Shown here piece by piece: positions 23,401 to 33,980 of a DNA stretch of 33,980 nt (position 1 is the stretch's first letter; every line of letters begins with the position of its first letter). The position numbers were made by a program, and so were the translations under genes. This DNA comes from Catajapyx aquilonaris. Taxonomy: Eukaryota. Below the pieces are notes generated by a model, which had not been told where the DNA came from, ran no database searches, and was given only the letters and a program-made list of their open reading frames with translations. The stretch lies in contig KZ539082.1 in assembly GCA_000934665.2 (NCBI GenBank), positions 1 through 33,980 on the forward strand, read 5' to 3'.

Positions 23401-26400
23401 AAGTTTGTGGATTTTTTGGTCCGTTATATAGTCGCGATCATAAAGATGTGGACGGTTGTGACGTCACAATTTTTCTGAATTTTGCGTACACCCTGTATGC
23501 TGGTTGGAATGAGCTGGGGGGTACGGGGTGGTGTTCCTACCATGACAGCTTCAATTCCAAGCATCAATTGAACCTCTAACCACTTGACAGCCATGATTGA
23601 GGGGGTGTGTCAAAAAAGGGGCTGATTTAGTTACGAAATGAAAATTAATTGGGCTGGCCAATGCCTTATGCCGGAGTCAATTTTTGGGCCTGGCCCGATA
23701 GGGTGTGTTGCCCCTTCCGTGTTCTAGTCCAGCAGGTTCGGCACAGTTGCCACTTTTTGACCAGTTTGGAGAGGTGAGTGGCCTCTGTCAACAGTCCCTA
23801 GTGAGCAAGATAACAGAGACCGGCGCTAGGAATGTATAGCATTTTGCCACGTGCCTGTTTTTTGATATCTATTTTTTTTCAGGGTGGTATGGAGGGGACT
23901 GAAAGGAACATTTCGGGCAGGAATCCCAATTTATTTGTTGATAAATCTGGGTTGTTGCAATGCCGGAATTTTCAGGTGCGAATGAACAATAGCATTTTTT
24001 TTTTTTACGAATTCAAGGACTACTAGTTAAAACCGTTCCGCCTTTCTCAACTTGTTCTTTCTAGAACCTCGTGACGTAGCAAGGTCCTCCCTACTAATTC
24101 TGGAAGGTGAGTATGTGAAGTGGCCCGAAAAAAAAATTAGGTGCATCCTTTGGCTCGAACCCTGCATCCCTTCCAACCACACCCAGATTTATTACCCAGC
24201 AAGTTTTTTCCAAGCTCGATGACCTCAAGTGAGTCACATATTCTTAGAGCAATGCGCTATACGGTACCCTCACTGTCAGTTTTACATAGCCCCTGCTCAG
24301 CATGCAAATTTGAAACGCGCTTGTGGGAAGCGCGCAATCCGAATTCATAATCGTTTAATCGCCTGCTTTATTACAATGCCGGAGACAAATTAATTGAAAC
24401 TGAAATTTTCTGTCAAGTTTGCGATTTTTTAAATCCAAAGTTTGCACGTTTTTAACCCATAAAATTTGGTGGGGAATATTCAGGGCCATGTGCTTACATG
24501 TAGTCATAATTACTGCATGGAGGTTTTGATTCAGTGCCACCTAGGGGATTAGTGGGAGCGCAGACCTTTAATGAAATGAAGCAGTGACCCAGTGTGAGTG
24601 ACGCTGCTGGACATTTTAAAGCTACGTCTTTTTCGGTCACATAGGCACGACATGTGAGGGAATCCGAGTTGAGCGTAGTACACTTAACGTTGATCGAGTC
24701 CGGGTAATTTGGGGGACATGGCGGTGCTTTGCTGGTAGATAATTGGGTTTTGGCAGAAATATACGTGAGAAGGATCTGGGTATCGGGAAGGTCATTTTAG
24801 AGGGGTGTATTTAGTGGTAGAACCCCCTCACCCATTGATTTCCGGTGGCTGAAATAGTGCAGGGCAGTGAAAGTATGAAGGTGTTTTTGGCGGTTCTTTG
24901 TTTACCCTGCCAACTCAGCAAGAAAGTAAAACTTGGCTAGAAAATTACCATTTCAGGCATAGAAAGTGAGGAGTGGGCATTTTTTGCGCAAGCTTGACGT
25001 TCATCAAAACTGTGAATTAAAGTGGGTGGAAATTGAGTCCTGCTGGGTGGAAAATTCAGAAGGGTCGCCCTAGGCAGCGTAGATTAAGTTAGGAATATGA
25101 TGTGTCATTATAATGTAATAATCCTGGCTCTACAATGCCACTTTGTTCGTATGCACATGTGGATATTGGGTCAAAACATTTCAAAAATCGAAGTTTTCCT
25201 TTCGGAATTGTACCTAGAATATATTGTATTCATGCCATGCTTCACATATAATATGTTGAGGGTGTCAATTTCTCTGCGATGGCGTTAGCAAACACACTTT
25301 TCTTGCTGCACCATTATGATGCTTATTGAATAAACTCCTCCTCAGCGTGATAAAAGAACCTCCTTATAATGAGCAACCCACATAGTTGTCGCGCTCTACT
25401 TGCATCGAAAAGTGATCTAAGCTCATTCATGGGCCACAAGTTTCAGTCGCCTGCCAGTTTGATAACGACGGGTTTTTTTTTCTCTCTCCGAGTTCGAATT
25501 CTGTCAGCGTCGACAGCTCAGTATACATGTGGGGCTTCTGTTGATATTTTCCTGACCGGTCGACCCACTTCGACTGGCCGAAACTAGGCAGTGTTGGCCA
25601 TGCACAAACAATAGGATTACTGTTGTAGGCGGATACTTTTTTTTTCTCCTTTGAACAATTCTTATAGGGTACAGTTGCTAACCGTGAAAATTGGACAGGT
25701 TGTGAGATAACAGCGGCTGCTTGGTCGTAATGGTTGTCAGTCGTTGAATGTACCTGTCATATGAGATTTTGATTTTTTAAAAATTTATTTTATTTTTTCC
25801 CCGCCTTCTCTCGCCTCCTTCCCCTCCTGCATTTCTCCCTCATGGATCAGGCAGAATAGCAGGGGTGGGCCTACAGTCCTATCCAAGACGCCATAAATTT
25901 CCCCCGCAGAATCACATTTCCGTTTTCTGAAACTCTGCATCCATCCCTTGAGACATTTTTTTTTTCTTTTCTTTTCTTGCCAGTTCTCGGGTCTAAGCTG
26001 CACAATCGGTATTATCTGGTCCTAGATTTCCTCAGATCAGAGTTTGTGTGTTTGGTTTTATTTGGGGGGGAGGGGGGGCACCAGATATTTGGCTCACATT
26101 TCATATGAAATGGAGCTTGAAGGGTGATCTACAGCTCATTAGAACTATCCACGACATGTATTCATCATCATGTTCATAGCTTTTTTAGAGAGTGTGTAAA
26201 TGAGGTATGAAGCGCTGAAATTACAGCCCAATTTTCCACCCCGCCTTGCTGAGCTGCCAGTTTGCCCTCCACGACAAAAGTTCATCCTATACTTAGCCGG
26301 AGCCATTTGCACACAAAAAATAAAATCCCCTCACTGGGTAGTTTTTTTCAAATTTTTTACCAACACACATGCAACAAAATCTGGGTCGACTGACGTAAGG

Positions 26401-26989
26401 AAGCGTGGGGGGCTGGCCATATGTGGCAAAACAAGCCACCTTGAAATGAGGAAAGCCACCGAATATGCAAAATAGTTATGATGGAAATGTCGGGTATTTG
26501 CGTCTAATTTTAGTATTCAACACATGCTTATTTTTACGCATTGTCTGTATCACATTAGCTGATCACTCAATTATATTGCGGCAGCTGTATAATTTTTATT
26601 CATTTTGAGACATTTTCCTATTATTACTAACGCATTCGATGATTTACTTCCTGGCTGCTGGGAAGTCGACGGCACTTTTGTCGCCAGATTCTATACGAGA
26701 ACCACCCGATCAAATGACAAATGCGTGGGGGAAATCTCGCAGCCGCTGGTCCTTCATCTTTCTTATTTCTTGTCATTTTTTCTCTTCACTTTTTTTCATA
26801 TTTTTCCTTTGTTTCTGGGCTGCCGCCTGCACAAAGTCAGAACCGGCTGGAGTGGAGGGAAAAAGGTGAAGAAGGGGAGGTGTAAATAAAGAAAGGTGGA
26901 CCTAGAGGGGGAAGATGACACGAGGTCCCTGAGGAGACATATTATGAGTTATGGCCCACCAGGGGACGGAGTCCAAAAGTAAGGCAGAC

Positions 26990-28420
26990 AGACTGGCCAC
27001 TGGTCACATGTAAGTTGGGCCCATCGGAGTGGGCCATCGTGCCACAAGATGGTTGCTACACTGGAGACTCCTAAGGGCAAAAAGTGTGGGAAGAACGGAG
27101 TCCCACAGGATCCAGTTTTTGGGACTCGAAAATTGTGGCCTGATTTAGTGGCTACTGGGACTTGATCATAGAGGTCTTGTGTGGCTGATCAACACATTTG
27201 TTGAATGGATTTTATCCGACAAATTTCGCCTGTGTGGATGTGGCCAGCCAAGCCAATGTCTGCTAATTGGTGCTAGTCACAGGCTCCCCTCAACCCTTAC
27301 ATGCTGTTTTACAGTCCAGTTTAACTGTCGTGACATTGGTATCAGCGAAATCATATGGGTGCATGTACCGGAATCTGAAACAGAATAATGCGGCAATAAC
27401 TTAGCGATGTACAATTTGCATAGTAAGCAGTGTCCTTCCTTCATGATAAGCGAACTCTGACGACCAAGTCCTAAACTTGACAGTGAGACTAACTACATAT
27501 AAGTGAATGCCCCCAAAAAATGCATGGGAATCCAATGGTGGGAACCAGTAGACCAATTACGGAGCCATCTAAAAAAATAAATAAAAAACTAGACATCCTT
27601 CCCGTTTGAATGCTCTTCAAATCAGGTTTACAGGTAATAGCTTGATATTTCCCACGCCCGACTCCATCCCAATTTGCCAATAACGTTCCCATGGCTACAG
27701 TCGCGCAAAAATTGTATCGGGAAGTGGTCCGCACCCCGTACACGCCTGTGGGATCAACGACATTTCGGCAGCGGTTCGAGACGCTATCAACTCGCTTTGG
27801 GCTCAGATCGATTGATTTTGGAAAGGCAGCTGCGACTACTCCATTGAGAGGGCCTGTTCTTGTCGCCAACTGGATGACAGCCGGAGCTCCATTATGGCGT
27901 GATTTGTCCGAGTTGGAGACAAACCAGTCAGTGAGACAGGTGTACAACGTTGGCTTGTGGAAAGAAAAGAAATACCGGTCCTTTAAAATATAGGAAGCGC
28001 CATCTAGTGGAGTGGAATGGAACTGCAGGGGAGGTCCCGAATAAAACTGTACCGACTGTACCCTTTTGTTTCCGGAGTCGACTGACACCCAAGTATGCGA
28101 GCCCGGAATATTTATGTGGAGACGCATGGTTTTGCGGGTGTGTGCTGGCAAACAAGGACGCCTGTCCGCATGCCCCTGTCAGGAGGGGGAGGAAAATAAC
28201 CTAACGCGGGATAATTTATATGAATGGCTATGGAAATACGCGCTGTATTTAAATAATGGAATCCCCTCCGGGCACGTAGTACGTGGGATGTTATTGTTGC
28301 ATTATGTATGAAATGGAGGAAAAGGCTTTTACGCTCATACCCAGGGAGCACATTGGCACAATTCATGACCCCGACGCATCCTGCGTTCTCCAATATCGGC
28401 TGTCATGTAAAATGTATAAG
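26990..28420 (+). mobile_element. Decayed Ty3/Gypsy pol (RNase H end - integrase)
   Basis: TGH...GHRATRWLL (TDH...RLARW.L), YFPRP...MATVAQKLYREVV...RFG (DYF.R.P...TVA..L..E.V), and a C-terminal PSGHVV...W segment resembling the PGD.V / W.GP tail. Confidence 0.6.
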
Positions 28421-29259
28421 AACTTGAGCGTTGAAAGTGAGCCATCAGCTCAGTGCACTACGGGCGCATATTTACGATAATACGGCAAGTGCAAATGGGT
28501 TATTTGGTGGTGTGGGTGACCTGTTGAGCTGTTTGGATCCAGTTGGATTATAAGAGCCCAGAAGCGGCAGCATGTGTTCAAGTGCAGGCCATGACGGGCC
28601 TGACAAACCCACACTGGGTGCAGAGAGAGGTCCCGTGTAGAATAAAGGACAGGGTGGTCCTACCTGGGCAACTGCGCAGGCCTCCAGAGCGTAGAGTTTG
28701 CGTAACGTGATCTGGCGGAAAGATACACTATCGGGAAGGTTTTTGCAGAACTGGCGGAATTGCGTGGCCGACCAGAAAAGCTCCTGCTGGTAAACGAGTG
28801 CCTTCATGGAAACACCTGGCTGGCCGATAGGAAAGCCACTTGAGTCTAGATTTACGAGGTGCGCAGCCTAGTCCCGGACGATACCTTTGACTTCAATTAT
28901 AACAAGGCTGCTTTCAAGCCGGGCTGGCATCGTCTTTGCCGCAGCAGACTGCGCCGGGAACGATATCATTATCAGGTCTGCCAATCTTCCAGTCCCCATT
29001 TCTTGCCTCCCTAAGCAGTGGATTGTATGTGCCCAAATACTCAGTAAGGGAACAATGTGAGCCCAGAATGTAATCCTGCGAGGAGCCTCGTTCTCATTTG
29101 AATGTTGTTGCGGTCGACTGCGAGTGGCAAGTAATCTGAGACGCCGAGTGGTATTGTTGGAGGCATTTGGAGGCGATCTTGTTCAACTGGGTTCACATTT
29201 TGAGGGTGTTGCGGATGACTTTTTCAAGGAATAGCCAAGTGTGGAATGTGACAAAAGCA

Positions 29260-29638
29260 GCACCCAGTCACTCCCTATACCAGTTCATTGCTACCCCCGT
29301 GAGCTTAGCTAATCTCCCCTACCGAGGGGGATTGACCATGGTCGGCGCTCGAGTCACTGACATACATGGTAGCGCCTTACCTAGCGGGGCAATTCTGAAC
29401 CATTAGGGTCGACCGTAATGGTTCAGAATTTTCCCGCTAGGTAAGGCGCCACCAGGTATGTAAGTGAAGCTAGCGCCGACCGTGGCCAAACCCCCTCTGT
29501 GGGGGAGATCAGGGCCCGTATACTGGTCGAGGCTGTCTCGAGTTNGAGTCGCATCCTCGAGTTCAACTCGAGACAGCCTCGGCCAGTATACGGTCCCAGG
29601 TAAGCTCACGCGAAAAGAGGGTGAGTGACGAGGGGATG
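29260..29638. mobile_element. Foldback (fully palindromic) element with 10-bp TSD, Mutator-like by TSD and TIR length
   Basis: Palindrome centred at gtc|gac (29410/29411). Arms 29298-29410 and 29411-29512 + 29600-29610 are near-complementary with no spacer. The outer ends are weakly complementary (cacccagtcactccct / agggtgagtgacgaggggatg). A direct repeat gacaaaagca lies at 29250-29259 and 29639-29648. Confidence 0.75.
29513..29596. mobile_element. PIF/Harbinger-like MITE with CAG TSD
   Basis: CAG at 29510-29512 and 29597-29599. The roughly 32-bp TIRs ggcccgtatactggtcgaggctgtctcgagtt and aactcgagacagcctcggccagtatacggtcc have two mismatches. Removing the element restores the host palindrome arm. 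The single N at 29545 makes the true length uncertain. Confidence 0.85.
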
Positions 29639-31209
29639 GACAAAAGCATCTTTAGTCTCGTAGCGATAGTATCTGCAGGGAAAACATATTGTTTCATAGT
29701 AGCAGCGTTTTTATTTCGCACCAATTCAGTGAGCCTGTAGTGTACGTTGAAATCGAGACTGTGCGGCCACACACCATTAATTTTAGACTTTGAGCAAACG
29801 TGCGGTATGTCCCCAAACACATGATTGCCCGGGGCATGGAAAGTCCCTCATTAATTATGCTATCAGGTTTCGGACAAGTTCTGGACACATGGGTATATTC
29901 TCAGATAGGGCCGGCTGTACAGTTTGGACTGGATGTGGTGCTTTCGGGTGGGCAACCGCGATGCCCTTTGTCCTTTGTCCCTTGTCCCATTAGAGTCGGA
30001 GAACCTAACACTGCCCCTGCCTCAACGCAATCAGGCCGCCAGAATACAAGTAATTGAGAACACCCAAGTGTCCAGAACTGCATCTGTCCGATAGTACGTG
30101 TGCAGGCCAGATATGCAGCCTGCAGACCTTGACGTATCGCATGAGTCAACGCAGTGACGTTGATGTGTGTTTCGTTTTGGGACAACCCGGCAACAATAGC
30201 CAGGCCTGGAGGCGACCAGGGCTGGTTATTGCCACGGGCCAATCCTGTTATCATTACCCTCACAGGCTGCTTCCGAAGAGCATGTTATCAACACATTATC
30301 TCCCCCACCAAAGCCCGTACCACCTAATGCAATGTTCAGTTCAATGAATACTGACCACTGAAATAAATGAACAAAACCGCCCTTCTGCTCTCGAAAAATG
30401 CGTGGCACTGCCTGATACAAAACGTCCCAAAAGGCCCGAATTTTAGTTACTCGGACCGGATTTGGTGGAAATAGGGATGAGTGTTGAATATGGAGTGATT
30501 TGGACTTTCATATTTAAAACGTTGGGGAAAAATCACTGGCTTTGGTGAAATATAGCGCAGATCCTTTTTGGGACCCCTGGTACTGTACGTGGTGCAGCCA
30601 TTTGAAAAATGCGTCCCTTTTAGTCGAGCGACTCCTTTGTGTGATTTGCACGGAATCGACGGCAACACAGCAAGACATGGTGGAAGGGCCCCCCGGAATT
30701 TGGATGGAGGAAAGACGGAGCTGAGACGTAACACGATTATTTCTACTCCGTAATAGAGTAATACCGGAGCGGAACTACCGTCCTTCTTTTCAGTAATTGT
30801 GTTTAATGGCTGAAAATTGAATGTAAAGAGGGGGGAAGGAAGGGAACTGGCAAGGAGAGATTCGGCACTTTAATTTCCATGAAAAGGTGAGGGCTTGGAA
30901 CAAAAGGGAAGGGGGGCGGGGAGGTGTTGCCTATTTAACTGGATGAAAAATATTCACAAAAGTGAGCGTGACAGGTGCAGGCGACGTTCACTTCATTAGC
31001 TTGTCAGAATAGCGGGCTGCTATTTTCAGAGCGAGAAGCTTGCGACAAGAATGAGTTTTAAACCGCACCACCCCTCTCCCACCCTCTCCCATAACCGTAC
31101 CTGGAATGGAATTTATTTGACACGAGCTAATAATGCACAAAAGGGAAACCATTCAGTCGAGATTTCACTTTGGAACGCAGTAAATATATCCTGTGAGGTC
31201 CTCTACCTG

Positions 31210-32830
31210 CAGCACATGCGTCACCTGTAGGATTAACGAAGGTGCTGCAGGTAGTGGCACTTACAGGATATGCGGTATATTGCCGTGCTGGTGTAAGAAA
31301 ACAAGTGGATCCGTCGATTGGGACAGGACTATACCAGACTTGATATCGGAACCTGGACGTGGGGGAAAAAATGTCAACACAAGTCGTGGGCGAAATTGGA
31401 GATGGTCACGTTGCAATCTTCTTTCCTCGACCACCTCTCCCCTAGTCAATGTTGATACCAAGCCATTAGTTCTATGGTTCCTCTCTAGAGGTAATGTTTC
31501 CTTTTTGTCTGGCTTTCAGCGACAAAACAGCAACATCCTTCAAGTGCCCCATTGTTTCTCCCCTCTAGTGGATTATAAAGGCGGCTGTCGTCAAGGTTAC
31601 TGGGAAGCCAAAAGTGGATCAGGTCTAAAACCATGTTCCGTGCGATGTGCAGTACACTTTGTGCAAATGAAAATTCCAGTTGCGTGTGCCACAATCGTGT
31701 AAAATCATGCTACGCTGAAAGCATGCTGTGAATGGCTGCAATCCCCCCGCCATTTTTTTCTAAACAAAAAAAAAGGCGATTCAATATTTGTCCCATCTGT
31801 CGAATATGTTGAGCGTGTCGCATCGACGAACGCCATTTGGTCTCTGGTCCTTGTCGCACTTTGTTCGGCCCTACTCGACAAGAGAGCCGTTGACAGTCGG
31901 ATAATGGGACTGTCTTTCCACTTGTCTACCGCTTCCAACAATTTCGCCCCCTGCCTTCCATGTAATCGAATTTGTGGAAATAAGGTATAGGAGGATATAG
32001 AATGCGTGCTTGTGCGTAAGTCTGAGCTGTCTTCTTCGTGGAGTATATTCTGTCAGGTGACAGGCAGCCGATAGCCAGCATTCCACAGGCTATTGTCTGC
32101 GCAAATAATAACGTCCATAGTAGGCGGCCTTAACTGATGACGGATGAAGGACGGAGAGATAAACCTGTAGGCGGGAAGATGGGTGTATGTGTTTTTTATT
32201 ATCGCTTTTGGGGGAGAAAACACATTGATGGGAACCAAGGACTTGTCACTTGTCCCACGCCGGGGTGTGGAATATTTAGATTATTTTCCTAAGGAATAGG
32301 CTCCTCCTGCATATAATGAATGGCATTTGTGCATGCCAGGTGCTGCCACCTGCCTTTCAGGTGTCGGATCACAGGCTGGTGCCTACTTCGGATCCAATTA
32401 GGCCAAATTATGCGGAAGGCTTGTTTCGCCGGTGGCAAGTCTTGAAAGTGAGAGAAAGGTGGTGGAAAACGGATACGTTTGCTGAGTTGGTGTTTTAAGT
32501 TTAACGAATCGTGGTGCAGGCTCACACTGCGGAATTTAATTCGCAATAGTCAAACGTTTTTGCAGATTGTAGCTATAGCAAGGTAGGGTCAGCGATAATG
32601 GTATGTACAGCTCATTTAGATAACCTTGAAAATACTGTAACTATAGCTGCGGTATATTTGAGGGATGTGTCTGGATAGGCCTAGGGAGATAGAGCCACAG
32701 ACAGTGGTTATTGCGTACAGTAAAAATCTCCTGGTGCATGAAATTTCATGTAGACAAATAAAATTGGTGCAGTGCATATAATCTTTCAATCCATTACACA
32801 CCAAAAGGTTAGGGCTATCTAATATTACAA
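31210..32830 (-). mobile_element. Decayed Ty3/Gypsy pol (RNase H - integrase - C-terminal tail)
   Basis: Minus strand: RHIPQIYR...SIFKV (NYSQIEKE..AI.F.V), TIIADP (TI.TDH), VIRHLKGRW, LEAVDKWKDSP...STDGTNIESPFFLFRKKW (L..VD.YSK.P...SDNG..F.S.EF..F.K.W), VAESQTKRKHY, LTRGEVV, HYLQHLR. Confidence 0.7.
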
Positions 32831-33980
32831 ACACCGTTAAAATGTACTAGAACACCATTTATATTACAGAGAAAGGTTCATTTTATATTAATGAGGTGGA
32901 TTTCAATTTTTTTTGCCTTGTGCATGTATGTATCCCATGTAATTCAGTAACTTTTGGAAGATAGTTATTTTTTGAGGTCAAGTAACTCTTGACCACAACA
33001 AAAAGATGAAGTCTAAATATATTTCATTAAAATGTACATTTGGAAGACCTATTCATTCTAAAGCTTAGATTTAATTTTCAGCAAAGTAACGCAGAATTAA
33101 CTGGTATGCTTTAATTAAAGAGTGTTGCTCACGAGGTCGTTCACTTATGTGAAGGTACTGTAGTTATACCCAGCGGGGATCTGCTAAGATAGGCTCTGAA
33201 GTACTATACCAGATGATTTACCTGTACACTTAGTCATTGACCCGATTTTGAAAAACTCATTGTGGATGAACCACTGACGGAAACCAAATCACGATTACAC
33301 CACCTAGTCACTTTCACATAGATGTGTATCTATAAAATCGGCCCAGTCCGAGAAAATTGAGGTCAAGTGTAATCAAACTTAACAAAATCCCCATTTTCAG
33401 TGTTATTTTCACTACTTACGTACGATCTAATAGAATACATGTGTAATTCTGTAGTGAAGATGCATCTCGTTATCGATTTAATATTCGTAATATACGGTAT
33501 AGTACAGTTTTTGGTTGTAAATGCTATTTTTACATAATATTGCGAATGTGAGACTACATTATAGTTCAAGGTTGACCATATAGCCCTACTTTTCATATTA
33601 CGATATTTTAGACTTCCTTTTTTATATCGTATTGCACTTTGACCATTCTAAACTAATCGTGTCCTTCAAATTATCTGTATAATTCAATTATACATATATC
33701 AGTTACACATGAACTCCATATTCATCACAATCTAGTTGACTTAGTTCTTAAATAACAGGAAATCCTAGCAGTTACGAAGTGTTACGAGAGCCTGGAATTT
33801 TCTCAGAACAAGCTCCGAGTTAGGTCAATTATGGCTTTCGACTACATTGTCCCGAGGCTGTGAACTGCACATTCCTCAACCGATAGCCGACACAAAGAAG
33901 AAACAAACGATATAGCCGGAATTATCGAATTGCATAATCAGAATTTGCATAGCGCGCGGGAGGGCGAAAAAGGGGCGAGG

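Larger units (their letters stand above)
28500..30730 (-). mobile_element. Decayed RTE-clade LINE ORF, interrupted by a foldback element
   Basis: Minus strand, in order: IRSE*LKFG (IP.E.LK.G), VPRIFRE...FVHLFQ (VP.DW...IV.LFK), SQNETHI...(ST.DHI), KINGVWPHSLDF (KING...L.FADD), [insertion], EAPRRITFW...LLSIW (EI.RRI...L..IW), SMKALVYQQELFWSA...KNLPDSVSFRQI...GPP (SIEA.L.QRQLRW.GH..R...RLP..V.F.EL...GRP). Confidence 0.7.

Noticed and set aside
27489..28151. Longest ORF (220 aa, minus strand)
   Set aside because: It is antisense to the Gypsy integrase fossil and shows no protein family resemblance.
28472..28900. Gypsy gag-like reading of the minus-strand ORF
   Set aside because: It is in frame and colinear with upstream RTE RT motifs and fits the RTE C-terminal region better.
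32900..33700. Possible DNA-transposon remnant (ccgattttg / aaaatcgg inverted words)
   Set aside because: No termini or TSD could be defined.
1..33980. CRISPR array, prokaryotic operon or defence system, intact viral insertion
   Set aside because: There are no regularly spaced repeats and no long or densely packed ORFs. The composition is eukaryotic repeat-derived DNA.

Overview
Eukaryotic (animal, plausibly a chordate; that part is inference) intergenic DNA with two assembly gaps (1577-1858, 22866-22984). I found no intact protein-coding gene, rRNA, tRNA or CRISPR array. The ORFs in the track are either chance frames or broken pieces of old transposable elements. Most of the window is decayed TE sequence, recognised by manual translation: five or six Ty3/Gypsy pol fragments, two RTE-clade LINEs, two or three L1/Tx1-like LINE 3' fragments, a piggyBac-like transposase remnant and three tRNA-headed SINE-like copies. 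Several younger, well-defined non-autonomous DNA elements sit on top of these. The clearest structures are (1) a three-level nest at 29250-29648, where an RTE LINE is interrupted by a foldback palindrome with a 10-bp target duplication, which is in turn interrupted by a CAG-flanked Harbinger-like MITE; (2) a TTAA-flanked piggyBac-type MITE inside a hAT-type MITE (6141-6721); and (3) a roughly 140-bp hairpin at 14736-14873. A few non-TE islands look like candidate developmental enhancers, which is inference only. I did not find a new biological system that the sequence can support. All family assignments come from remembered motifs, not database searches.
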